Shown here: one piece after another, positions 27,917 to 37,059 of the stretch
Numbering within the stretch: position 1 is the first letter of the stretch
Layout: each line of letters opens with the position of its first letter
Virus record (IMG/VR): IMGVR_UViG_3300047160_002226
Span: 1-64,000 of that record
Source: a virus
Length of the DNA: 64,000 nt
Reading direction: 5' to 3' (one strand)
Position numbers and translations under genes: made by a program
The notes under the pieces: generated by a model
Databases searched by the model: none
What the model saw: only the letters and a program-made list of their open reading frames with translations
Told to the model about the DNA's origin: nothing

Positions 27917-30307
27917 ATGCTTTCAGCAGGAACAGTTCCCACCAGACCGCAGAAGAATGCGCTAGCAGGCACCGATGGGTCGCCTGACGTTGGGAATGAG
28001 TACGTCACACGCCAGCACCAGTTTTCAGGCGGGCATGGTGGTAACGGCGCGCTCGGGGATCTCACCGTCCAAAGCGCTACGGTAACTGTTGCTGGGGTCC
28101 AAAACTACAATAACGTCCTCATCGGCGCGAACTTCGCGAATGAACATCGTTTCCAGACATTCCCCATCTTCACTTGTACATTCGCGAGCACTACCTCGAT
28201 ATTCGTAGGCGACTCAGTCGCTTCGCCTGTAGTTTCGTCTACGGCTGGTGGAAACATCCTTGCTATTAACTATAGCACTAACGTAGTAACGATTCAAGTT
28301 ACCAGCGGAACATTCACTGCTGCCAACACGATTCACGATAACCAGGGGAGTATCAATACATCTTACACAAATGGAACAACGACAGATAGCACAACTAACT
28401 TCACCGTTGGCGATACGTTGCATTTCCTTTCATTCCCCCTTACGCTCGCGGTGCCAACATTCCACGCCACAACGGTTCATGCGGCATCGAATGGAAAAGT
28501 TCTAGGCCAGACAACAACAATCACAGCTATCCCTACATTGCCTCTTTCCAATGGGACAGTTAGTGTCGCAAATGCCTCGTTGTTCGCGTCAGGAACAGGT
28601 GCCTTCTACCTTGTATCAAGCAACGGACCACAACTGATTACTTACGGCAACATCTCTGGCAACAATTTCACTCAATGTAACGGTGGCACTGGCACTGTTT
28701 CCGCTGGAGCAACTGTCACGGCTGCTTCTATCACCACACAGTCACTTACAGGCTTCGCCTCTTCTGGAACGGTTTACGTCGAGAGTAGCACAGGAATCAA
28801 TACCATAACCTACACTGGAGTCAATGCCAGTGTTCTTATCGGCGTTTCTGGCGGATCAGGTACTATATCTCAGGGTAATCCAGTCTCCGACTTGTTCCAT
28901 CGTTATGGAACAGTGGATAATGGTGCTGGTGCTACAGGCAACATCAAAGGTAATCTAGTATCGGGTCAATTGACGATTTATCCGACATTTGGTGAGTGGG
29001 CTGCGACAGGGAACGTCCATGAAGCGGTAACTGGCAATACTGCTGCTTACACTGGAGGACCAGCGGGTCCTGTTGGTATTGGTAATCTGGTAGAGATAAC
29101 ACCTGGCATTCTTGGGTTCTCTCTTACATCTGGCAGCTTTGGTGGAGGCATCGCCCGTTCGACAAATAGCGGTGCCTATGCGTGGGGCAACACAACAAGC
29201 AGCATCGTTGGAGCCATACAAGGCACTGCTAACCGTGGTCTTCACCTAAAGATCAAGGGTAATCTTACACTCCATAACGGCTCTATTCTTGCTTCACCGT
29301 GGGGAACACCAGGCAACGGTGGAACCTGTGCTGGTAGCACGATCAACGTCAACAACTACAATAACGGTCAGAATGGAACAGTTGGTACTGCCGCTACAGC
29401 AAATGCACAAGCATTCACCGCAGGTGGTGGTGGCGGTGCTGGTGCTGGTGGTGGCAGCGCTGGTCAGTCTACCGCATCTGGCGCCCCTACAGGCACAGGC
29501 AACGGAGGCAACGGCGCTAATGGTGGTGCTGGCGCTGGCCGCACATTCCTTGATGGCCTTGGAGCTGGTGCAGGATGCACGGCTCCTGGCGCTGGAAAGA
29601 CTGGACTGAACGGTGGCACGCACCCTGGCATCCAAACGCCAGGTGGTGGCTCTGGAACGTTCCAAAACACGCAGAACGCTACTGCTTATCCAGGTCCATT
29701 CCCTCCTGCCTTCACAAGTGACTTCGATCCTCCTTATAGCCTTCCACCACAATTCCAACCAGGCGCACCTGGCGGTGGTGGTGGAGCAGGTGGAGGCCCA
29801 GGCACTCAGTACTCATTCCAAGGCACGAACGGCGACAACCTCTTTAACGGAACGTACCTTGGTGGCGGGGCGGGTGGACAAGGCGGCGCGGGCGGCGGTC
29901 CAATGATCGTTGAAGTAGGTGGAAACCTCTTCCTCGATGGATTTAGCAGCATCACAGCGCAAGGCTATTCTGGTCTCACAGGAGGGAGTAACTCAGGGTC
30001 TTCTTCCCTTGAAGGCTGTGGATCTGGTGGTGCTGGTGGAGGCGGTGGAGGTGGAGGTGGTGGTGGAGGTTCCCTCATCGTAAGTGTTGCTGGCACAATT
30101 ACTGGAGCCTCCTTTGGCGGAAACATACATGCCTTCGGTGGAGCAGGTGGAGGCGGTGGGTTCGGCAATAACGGTATGTTCAATTGCTATGAATCTGGCT
30201 CTGGTGGCAACCAAGCACCTGGTTCAAGTTGGGTCGGCCAAAATGGTGGTAACGGTTCTAGTGGCGGTAACGGTGAAAACGGTTACTCGCGACTTGGAAC
30301 ACCGTAA
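27917..30307 (+). CDS. glycine-rich virion fibre protein
   Basis: GG.G..GD N-terminus and a poly-Gly C-terminal domain (GGGGGGG.LIV). Confidence 0.8.
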   Translation: MLSAGTVPTRPQKNALAGTDGSPDVGNEYVTRQHQFSGGHGGNGALGDLTVQSATVTVAGVQNYNNVLIGANFANEHRFQTFPIFTCTFASTTSIFVGDSVASPVVSSTAGGNILAINYSTNVVTIQVTSGTFTAANTIHDNQGSINTSYTNGTTTDSTTNFTVGDTLHFLSFPLTLAVPTFHATTVHAASNGKVLGQTTTITAIPTLPLSNGTVSVANASLFASGTGAFYLVSSNGPQLITYGNISGNNFTQCNGGTGTVSAGATVTAASITTQSLTGFASSGTVYVESSTGINTITYTGVNASVLIGVSGGSGTISQGNPVSDLFHRYGTVDNGAGATGNIKGNLVSGQLTIYPTFGEWAATGNVHEAVTGNTAAYTGGPAGPVGIGNLVEITPGILGFSLTSGSFGGGIARSTNSGAYAWGNTTSSIVGAIQGTANRGLHLKIKGNLTLHNGSILASPWGTPGNGGTCAGSTINVNNYNNGQNGTVGTAATANAQAFTAGGGGGAGAGGGSAGQSTASGAPTGTGNGGNGANGGAGAGRTFLDGLGAGAGCTAPGAGKTGLNGGTHPGIQTPGGGSGTFQNTQNATAYPGPFPPAFTSDFDPPYSLPPQFQPGAPGGGGGAGGGPGTQYSFQGTNGDNLFNGTYLGGGAGGQGGAGGGPMIVEVGGNLFLDGFSSITAQGYSGLTGGSNSGSSSLEGCGSGGAGGGGGGGGGGGGSLIVSVAGTITGASFGGNIHAFGGAGGGGGFGNNGMFNCYESGSGGNQAPGSSWVGQNGGNGSSGGNGENGYSRLGTP

Positions 30308-30316
30308 GGAGCCAAT

Positions 30317-30802
30317 ATGACTGATTTCGCGTTTCCGTGTCATTGTGGCTGCTTCGATGGAGCCAATCTGATCTCCGTCGTCGGTGGAGATCTAGCCGCT
30401 TGGCAGGATCATATAGCTGCAGGTAAGTTCGATGTGTTCACTTGCTATGAGTGTGGTTGTGACCATGAGCTACAGGATGGTGACACACAGATCAATGCAG
30501 AACTATGCTGTAGCCCACGCATTGATTCGCTTGATGTGACCTCTGGTTTCGCCGCAGGTGGTGACACTATCACAATCACAGGGCACTGCTTGAACGTTGG
30601 CACGCTCATCGTCCGTTTTGGTGGCGTTGAAGGAGTCAACGTCAGAAACATCACGCATGAATCAGCCGTTGTAGACACGCCACCGAATCCGCCAGGCATC
30701 GTTGATGTCTCCGTTGAGAATGAGAACGGTGTTCGTCAGAGGAGCACCATCTTCCCAGATAATGCCTACGGCGTTCTACAGGGTGGATTCACTTACTCGT
30801 AA
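30317..30802 (+). CDS. IPT/TIG domain protein with Cys-rich N-terminus
   Basis: SG..AGGDTITITG...VRFGG...TPP..PG.VDVSV...FTY. Confidence 0.8.
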   Translation: MTDFAFPCHCGCFDGANLISVVGGDLAAWQDHIAAGKFDVFTCYECGCDHELQDGDTQINAELCCSPRIDSLDVTSGFAAGGDTITITGHCLNVGTLIVRFGGVEGVNVRNITHESAVVDTPPNPPGIVDVSVENENGVRQRSTIFPDNAYGVLQGGFTYS

Positions 30803-30811
30803 GGACGTAAC

Positions 30812-31303
30812 ATGGTAATTCCCGCAGGACAACTACCAACTCGAAGCCAGAAGAATGCTCTGGTCGGAACGAATGGAACGCCTGACACTGGCGATCCTTT
30901 CGTCACGAACTCAGATCCTCGCCTCGGGGGTGGCTCACAACCGTTCGGAAACTGGCTCTCGACTACGACTGGAATCAACGGGAAAACGGTAGCTTTTACA
31001 ACACTCTTCACGGTCCCTGCGCTCAAGTCCTGCTTCGTCTCGGCGCTCGTTATCAGGCCAACGGTAGCAACAGCTATCACGGTTGCTCCGACCATCGGTC
31101 TCCGTGATGCTACTGGACCAGTCACGATCTACACACCGCAGGCGCTCTTTGGCCTCACGACAGCAACGACTTCCTTCTCTTTTGTATCACAAGGCATCAT
31201 CCCGATAGCTGCGGCAGCGGACCTTATCCAGCTCAACATCACGGTTGGAGCAACAGGCACTACGCTCACGCTCACCGTCGATCTCTTCGGCTACACCTAC
31301 TGA
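30812..31303 (+). CDS. virion protein sharing its N-terminal anchor with 27917
   Basis: AGQLPTRSQKNALVGTNGTPD matches AGTVPTRPQKNALAGTDGSPD. Confidence 0.7.
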   Translation: MVIPAGQLPTRSQKNALVGTNGTPDTGDPFVTNSDPRLGGGSQPFGNWLSTTTGINGKTVAFTTLFTVPALKSCFVSALVIRPTVATAITVAPTIGLRDATGPVTIYTPQALFGLTTATTSFSFVSQGIIPIAAAADLIQLNITVGATGTTLTLTVDLFGYTY

Positions 31304-31311
31304 GGTGACGA

Positions 31312-31758
31312 ATGGCTAACATCGAACCCGCTGGCTACGATAGAACCACTGGTCTGTTCCGCGTCGTCGCTTCTGGTGACACGCTGGTCAACAGCAGCGG
31401 CTCAAACCTTATCCCTGCCCCTTCCAGCGCATCGATGCAGAACGTACGTGGCTACTTCGGCGGTGGACAGGGCCTCTCTTCTGGCTCGGGAACAGTTACA
31501 AGCATCAGCGGTCTCAACGGAAACTGCTTCCTCATCGCGACTGGCTACGTGACTAACTCAAGCGGAAGTTCCATCTCAGTCAGCCTGTCGCTCACGGGTA
31601 GCCTATCTTCAACTACCAACAACATCAGTCTTCCAGCGAACTCAAGCCTACCCTTCGCTGTGTGCGATCTCTGCTTCTCATCATCCGCAGGGCTTAACTA
31701 CAACGTATCGGCGGGCGTCACGATCTTCGGTTCGCTCTTCGCGGTCTGGTGGTCATAA
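31312..31758 (+). CDS. Ser-rich virion protein
   Basis: GAGG site; beta-rich composition. Confidence 0.6.
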   Translation: MANIEPAGYDRTTGLFRVVASGDTLVNSSGSNLIPAPSSASMQNVRGYFGGGQGLSSGSGTVTSISGLNGNCFLIATGYVTNSSGSSISVSLSLTGSLSSTTNNISLPANSSLPFAVCDLCFSSSAGLNYNVSAGVTIFGSLFAVWWS

Positions 31759-31788
31759 GCCATGGTATTCCACGAAAGGCCATGAAAC

Positions 31789-32148
31789 GTGTCATTCGGC
31801 TATCCGCCAGCGATTCCAACAGGAGGCCCGCCTCCTGCACCGATCATCACGTCGCTCTCCCCCAACGCGGCGAGCCCAGGCACCGTCATCGTCGTAGCAG
31901 GCCAGAACTTCTTCCCAGGAACGACCTTTCGGCTTGAACCTGGGAACATACCTCTTGGTATTGTCGTTCCTACTCAGCCTACGACGTTCATCTTCACGCT
32001 TCCACTTGGACTAGCTGGGTTCCCTCTCAGAGTCTACGCCAACAACGGGCAAGATTCCAACGGAGTTGTCCTTGGAGTCCTCGTTGCTGCTTACGTGCAA
32101 GGCGCAAGCAGCACGAGCGGAAGTCTCACTCTAGGGACATACCGATGA
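31789..32148 (+). CDS. IPT/TIG domain protein
   Basis: PIITSLSPNAASPGTVIVVAGQNF. Confidence 0.7.
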   Translation: MSFGYPPAIPTGGPPPAPIITSLSPNAASPGTVIVVAGQNFFPGTTFRLEPGNIPLGIVVPTQPTTFIFTLPLGLAGFPLRVYANNGQDSNGVVLGVLVAAYVQGASSTSGSLTLGTYR

Positions 32149-32657
32149 CCTATCTCTGGGAAGATCGTAAAAGTACATGGGCTCGGATGATAGCGGATGC
32201 TTTCTTCCGTGGCCGCGAAGGTGGCGAGCACCTCAAGCCCGCTGACCAGTTCCGTGCTGCCTATCGGTCCTATGCAAAGGAGATGAGCAGGCTCTCTAGT
32301 GAGGAACAAAGAGTAATACTCATAATGGCCGAGAAGGAGATCGAGTCAAAAGGCGTCGATATGCTTAGCGGCTATTCTCCAGAGCAGTGGATCGAGGATG
32401 AAGAGGAGCAAAAGGCTAACGCTCTTGAAGTCGTCTCTATCTTCAAGGACCTTGTGAAAGGCAAGAAGAACAATGTTCGCAGGCAGTTCGATCTTGCTGT
32501 CGCCTATTTTCTAGGACTTACCGACGATATGGACAAAAACAGTCAAGAGTTCAAACGAATCCTCTATTTGCTTGCGCATGACGAAGATGTCCGAGAACTT
32601 ATTGCAACCGCAAGACCGTATCTGCTGATTGAAGGCTACAAGGTGGATGATTTCTGA
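32145..32657 (+). CDS. hypothetical helical protein
   Basis: ATGA overlap; ends LLIEG, an LxE motif. Confidence 0.6.
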   Translation: MTYLWEDRKSTWARMIADAFFRGREGGEHLKPADQFRAAYRSYAKEMSRLSSEEQRVILIMAEKEIESKGVDMLSGYSPEQWIEDEEEQKANALEVVSIFKDLVKGKKNNVRRQFDLAVAYFLGLTDDMDKNSQEFKRILYLLAHDEDVRELIATARPYLLIEGYKVDDF

Positions 32658-33754
32658 TGTCTAAGCGAAGTCACAGGAAGAAGAGGCGTAGTCACATGGC
32701 GAAGAAGTTGGCAAGCGAGAGTCGAGAACTCGACCTCACGGCCAAGTCGGCTCATGCCTCGACCGTCAAGACGGGACAAAAGATCAAGCTAAAGCCTGGA
32801 GCTGGCAAGATCCGTACGCCAGAGGAGCAGGAGCACTGCTTGAGGCACGGGCCAGATGCATTGGAGAGCGTGGAGCCTGAGAAGATGACGGTTGGACAGT
32901 TCTTCGATCTTCTGGAGAAGAAGAAAAAGAAGCGCGGCCCGACGAATGTGCTCAACAAGGACCCTGCGACGGATCCGACGATTCGTCAGGTGAACCCAGA
33001 GCTTGTTGATCCAGCTCAGCAAGCAGCGCAGAACGCGGCTGCGGGGCCTCAGACAGCGCCGCAGCAGGGCGCACAGCTCGACCCTACCCAGATCGCTCAG
33101 CAGGCTGCTGTAGGCGGTCCTGCGGCCCTTCCTGACACTGCCCAGCTAGACCCTGAGATGAAGCAGCTTGTAGCGCAAGCCATCGCTGCGCAGCTCACAC
33201 AAGGGCAGGGACCAGCTCCAGTCGGTGCAGGTGGTGAAGCTCCACCTCCACAGGACCAGGAGGGCCAGGGACAGGCTCAGGTAGCGCCACAGCAGGGAGG
33301 GGAACAGCCTCCTCAGCAAGAACCATCCGCTCCAGGTCAACCAGGACAGGATCAAGGTCAGCCTGGGATGGAACAGCCAGGGCAAGAGGGACAGCCACAG
33401 CTTGTGGGGCCAGAGATGGTGGGAGAGCTACCACCAACCATGCCGATCAAGTACGACCAGGCTGGAGCCCCTGACAAGTACACGCTGGACGGACATACGG
33501 TCAGGTGGGACGGACGGGAGTACATCCTTTCCTGGGAACCTGAGAAGTATGTCTACCGTCTAGTGGATCCGATGACGATGATCGTCAGGCTTCGTGTGAA
33601 GCCTGAGCAGATCTCTGTGATTCAGCCAGATAAGAGCTTGGCTTCACTATCGAATGAATCGGTAGCAGATTCGATCCCAGGGCTCGCTCATGGCGATAGT
33701 TTGGCGGATCATCTTCGTCTTCTACTGTGGGACGCACCTATTCTGGTTGCTTGA
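32657..33754 (+). CDS. modular protein: basic arm, Gln/Pro-rich linker, small beta domain, C-terminal helical tag
   Basis: TGATG overlap; C-terminal ESVADSIPGLAHGDSLADHLRLLL. Confidence 0.65.
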   Translation: MSKRSHRKKRRSHMAKKLASESRELDLTAKSAHASTVKTGQKIKLKPGAGKIRTPEEQEHCLRHGPDALESVEPEKMTVGQFFDLLEKKKKKRGPTNVLNKDPATDPTIRQVNPELVDPAQQAAQNAAAGPQTAPQQGAQLDPTQIAQQAAVGGPAALPDTAQLDPEMKQLVAQAIAAQLTQGQGPAPVGAGGEAPPPQDQEGQGQAQVAPQQGGEQPPQQEPSAPGQPGQDQGQPGMEQPGQEGQPQLVGPEMVGELPPTMPIKYDQAGAPDKYTLDGHTVRWDGREYILSWEPEKYVYRLVDPMTMIVRLRVKPEQISVIQPDKSLASLSNESVADSIPGLAHGDSLADHLRLLLWDAPILVA

Positions 33755-33772
33755 GGAACAAACAGCCACGCG

Positions 33773-33832
33773 GTACGGATTCTAGGGTACAATTAGAACA
33801 AGTACTAAGTACTTAGGTACAACAACGGGTAC
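33773..33832. promoter_or_regulatory. AT-rich intergenic cluster of six GTAC sites with a 12-bp palindrome
   Basis: GTAC at 33773, 33787, 33802, 33809, 33817 and 33829; CTAAGTACTTAG at 33805-33816. Confidence 0.55.
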
Positions 33833-33837
33833 TAGAC

Positions 33838-34470
33838 ATGACAGAACGTAGAGATATACAAGAGTTTCTGCATGTACTAGCTCGTGAGGGCTGGGAACAC
33901 TACGGGCGGAAGGCTGTCGATCCGTACACCCTGCAGGGCACTGAGACTCAGCGCCAAGCTAGGGGCAGAGTTCTTGCCACAGGTAAGGAAGCACTCAAGA
34001 TAGCTTCTCAACGAGCAGCTAAGGGTCAACACGTTGACTATCACGATGTCCTTGGGCTAGCATCTCAGCGTGTATACGGGCACGGGATAGGCTACCATTC
34101 GGATCTCCATGGAGATCCTCACGACCATTTCTCTCATGCTGGGTACGAGCCTCACGCTCTAACTGGAGTAGGTGCTGGTCCTAAGATCCCACGTTCAGCT
34201 ACATCTCTCCTTCCATCTGAGAAAGATGCAGCTATCAAAGGACTAAGTGGACTTGCAGCTAATCTAGCTATGCACGATGAGTTCCATTCGCATGACCTCA
34301 TGGTACAGCTAGGGCACGCGCTCGAACGGTATTCGACTTTCAACCCGAAGCCAGGGCTAGATCCAGAGAAGAGGTTGGAAGACGAGATCGGTCATCTTCC
34401 TACTTCTGTCATGCTGGACTTCTATCACAAGTTCAATGACAAATACGGACATCTACGTCCGCACTTTTGA
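33838..34470 (+). CDS. His-rich hypothetical protein (possible head cargo)
   Basis: N-terminal IQEFLHVLARE loosely resembles T4-type capsid-targeting leaders. Confidence 0.6.
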   Translation: MTERRDIQEFLHVLAREGWEHYGRKAVDPYTLQGTETQRQARGRVLATGKEALKIASQRAAKGQHVDYHDVLGLASQRVYGHGIGYHSDLHGDPHDHFSHAGYEPHALTGVGAGPKIPRSATSLLPSEKDAAIKGLSGLAANLAMHDEFHSHDLMVQLGHALERYSTFNPKPGLDPEKRLEDEIGHLPTSVMLDFYHKFNDKYGHLRPHF

Positions 34471-34473
34471 ATC

Positions 34474-34941
34474 ATGTCCGTATCTCGTCAAGCCTATTTC
34501 GAGAAGGTGGCTCGAAAGAGGCGCGCAGAACAGAGGATCGTACGACCTCGTAAGAAGCCACCCCCTGATCTGCCTCAGATCCCAGGTCTTCCACCTCGCT
34601 CCACAATAGCTCAGTTCAGTCAACGTTTGCTCTGGCTGAACGAACGAACCCGTACTCGTATCATTAGAGAAGCTGCCGTTCGCCGTCTTAGAATATGGAT
34701 CCTCTATACAAAGATCACTGGAGCAAAGGATACGAAGGCATGGCGCATCGAGCCGTATTCCTATCGAATCAGAAGGATGAAGGCTGGCGGTAGGTACAAG
34801 GTCGGAATTCCGAAGACCTTTTTGTTTGGATACGACCAATTCGGAGAGGGCACGATCAAGATGTTCCTCAAGCAAAACATCCTTGACGTGCTTATGACAC
34901 GATCCACCTACACACCACGATGGCGAGTAGAGATACGCTAA
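34474..34941 (+). CDS. basic WYL-like domain protein
   Basis: IREA....I.I.Y......WRIEPYSY...LFGYD.....KMF....I.DV..T...Y follows the WYL (SH3-like) pattern. Confidence 0.6.
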   Translation: MSVSRQAYFEKVARKRRAEQRIVRPRKKPPPDLPQIPGLPPRSTIAQFSQRLLWLNERTRTRIIREAAVRRLRIWILYTKITGAKDTKAWRIEPYSYRIRRMKAGGRYKVGIPKTFLFGYDQFGEGTIKMFLKQNILDVLMTRSTYTPRWRVEIR

Positions 34942-36116
34942 TGTGTCAAAACAAAGAAGTATGGTTCGTAGACGACCAACCAGACACACCAAGTCTTCTC
35001 GAAGAGCTTTTCAGAGATGAGGGGTACCCTCATTCCTATTACGTTGGGGATGCTACAGCCGCTATTCGTGAACTAGGCAAGGGTCGCCGTCCGTGTATGA
35101 TCGTCGTAGATTGGTACATGCCGCATATGGACGGCCCCGCATTCATCAAGTGGGTCCGTTCTCAGCCTGATGTAGCGCTTGCAGATACTCCTCTTGTTCT
35201 GTTCACGGGGCGAGATGAAGCACATGGCGTTGACGCTGATGTTGTTTTGCGGAAAGGTATGCCATCTGTTGATCGCTTCTTTGATGTTGCTAAGCAACAA
35301 ATCGCTCACCACTATCTAGAACCACCGAAGGGTCAGCGGGCTCTTCCTTTTACTGGCTTTCTCTCTCCTCGTGACTTCCGACGCTGGGAGCATGTCCTTG
35401 TGTCTAGGCCACCTGAGAGGCGCAGAACGCCTCGTGTAGATCCAGAAGATCCCAGACATTGGCCTCAACATCCAGGGCAGATGGATCTCCCATTCAAAGA
35501 TGACCCCAAGCAGATGCACTTTCCAGGTTTCGGAGAGAACATGGATCCTTACGACTACGCAAGAGGACGCTATCTCTTCCTTCTAGAAACAAAGAAAAAG
35601 CCGAAGAAGCCGAAGGTTGGAGTCGGAACGATTGCGTACCATGCTGGTCGTGGTGTCTACCACTCAGCGCAAGCGGCTATCGGCGCTGGCATCTCAGGGG
35701 CCTCTATTGCGTCACTTAATCCAGATACACGTGGGGTATTGCACAAGTTCGCAAGCCGCGTAGCGAACCCAGATGTCAAGGAGCCCGAAGATCCGTCTGC
35801 GTACGGAGCTGAGCACAAGATCCAACATAATACACAGCAGGCTGCGAAGCGCGAGAAGTTCCAGCATGACGTTGAGAAGGTATCAGGCCATCCAGCTATG
35901 GTTCCTGTCCACGTCGCTGCGGCTGGCCTTGGCGCAGAGCACGCACACAAGCACGGCGTTCAGGCTTACGATGCTTTCAAAACAGCCTATCAGGCTGCAA
36001 GGCACCGTTTCGGCAGTGGCCCGCCTCCCGCTGCACCGAAAGCGAAGGTCTCACACCCAACCAAGCCACTCAGCCAGAAGGCCATCTCAGCAGCAGCCAA
36101 GGCAGTTAAGGAGTAA
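34941..36116 (+). CDS. CheY-like receiver domain fused to a His-rich helical hairpin module
   Basis: FVDD, VVDWYMPHMDG, LFTG and LRK give intact receiver residues. TAATG overlap gives the start at 34941. Confidence 0.8.
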   Translation: MCQNKEVWFVDDQPDTPSLLEELFRDEGYPHSYYVGDATAAIRELGKGRRPCMIVVDWYMPHMDGPAFIKWVRSQPDVALADTPLVLFTGRDEAHGVDADVVLRKGMPSVDRFFDVAKQQIAHHYLEPPKGQRALPFTGFLSPRDFRRWEHVLVSRPPERRRTPRVDPEDPRHWPQHPGQMDLPFKDDPKQMHFPGFGENMDPYDYARGRYLFLLETKKKPKKPKVGVGTIAYHAGRGVYHSAQAAIGAGISGASIASLNPDTRGVLHKFASRVANPDVKEPEDPSAYGAEHKIQHNTQQAAKREKFQHDVEKVSGHPAMVPVHVAAAGLGAEHAHKHGVQAYDAFKTAYQAARHRFGSGPPPAAPKAKVSHPTKPLSQKAISAAAKAVKE

Positions 36117-36118
36117 CC

Positions 36119-36460
36119 ATGACATTCGCGTCCGATCAGAAAATTGGGCAAGCGCTTTTGACAATCGTAGAGAAGGTCACAGGCAATAACTTTACGCTCA
36201 ATCTCGATCTCAACTTTGATGTACCGCTCGATCAGCTTACCGATTGGGTCGCGATGAATTTCGCTGCAGGTGAAGGCTTTACGAGGCACTTCACAGATCC
36301 AGTCACAGGCGATGACATTGGTAGCTTCACGTGGGACCAATCTGCTCGCCGTATCTACACGTTCTGGAAGAGCGGAGCGGCTGGAGCAATGGATATGGGG
36401 CTCACCTTGTTCGAGAATGGTGTGCATAGCGGCGATACCATCGAACTACATCACAGGTAA
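36119..36460 (+). CDS. hypothetical virion protein
   Basis: AAGGAG site; tightly packed with its neighbours. Confidence 0.6.
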   Translation: MTFASDQKIGQALLTIVEKVTGNNFTLNLDLNFDVPLDQLTDWVAMNFAAGEGFTRHFTDPVTGDDIGSFTWDQSARRIYTFWKSGAAGAMDMGLTLFENGVHSGDTIELHHR

Positions 36461-36463
36461 ACC

Positions 36464-37057
36464 ATGCCGACGATGACTTTTGACGCGCTGATGGGGATGG
36501 CGCTCAAGTGCTGCACTGACAATCGTGGGTGTCTTAGCCTTGACAAGCTCTTTCCACCAGGAGCATCAGTCCAGGTGAGTGCTACAGCGCCGAAGTTGTC
36601 GGCAAGCGCCTCACTGTCGGCCAAGATCGACCCTTGCATGATCGCTGCTCTTGCCTCGGAGATGGCAGCACAGAGTCTTCCGCCAGCAGATCCAGCGACG
36701 ATGGGCGAGCTTGTGCAGAAGATTCTCGGCGTCAATCTTCCAGCAGGCATAACGGTCCCTTCTGTGATTGATGACATCAAGAAGGCTGGCTCAGTACCTA
36801 TCGTCAACAACCTAGAAGAACAAGCCGCAGCTATCGCTGGTGGGAAGAACGTCGTTGTCCTTCAAACAGGACAGATTCCTGTTCCCCCGAATGGGGTCCA
36901 AATCCCAGATGGCTTCATTCCAGTTCCCATTCCAGCAGGCCACATAGCCGTTCAGCTTGCTGCGAATGAGTTTCCCGTAGATGGAGGCGTTCGTACAGGC
37001 CCCCCTATCGCCGTTACACATGATGCTAACGGCAACCCAACGAGTATTACCTACTAA
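36464..37057 (+). CDS. hypothetical protein, paralogue of 37060
   Basis: ALKCCTD...CL, A..LPPADP.T and VPPNGVQIPDG. Confidence 0.65.
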   Translation: MPTMTFDALMGMALKCCTDNRGCLSLDKLFPPGASVQVSATAPKLSASASLSAKIDPCMIAALASEMAAQSLPPADPATMGELVQKILGVNLPAGITVPSVIDDIKKAGSVPIVNNLEEQAAAIAGGKNVVVLQTGQIPVPPNGVQIPDGFIPVPIPAGHIAVQLAANEFPVDGGVRTGPPIAVTHDANGNPTSITY

Positions 37058-37059
37058 CT

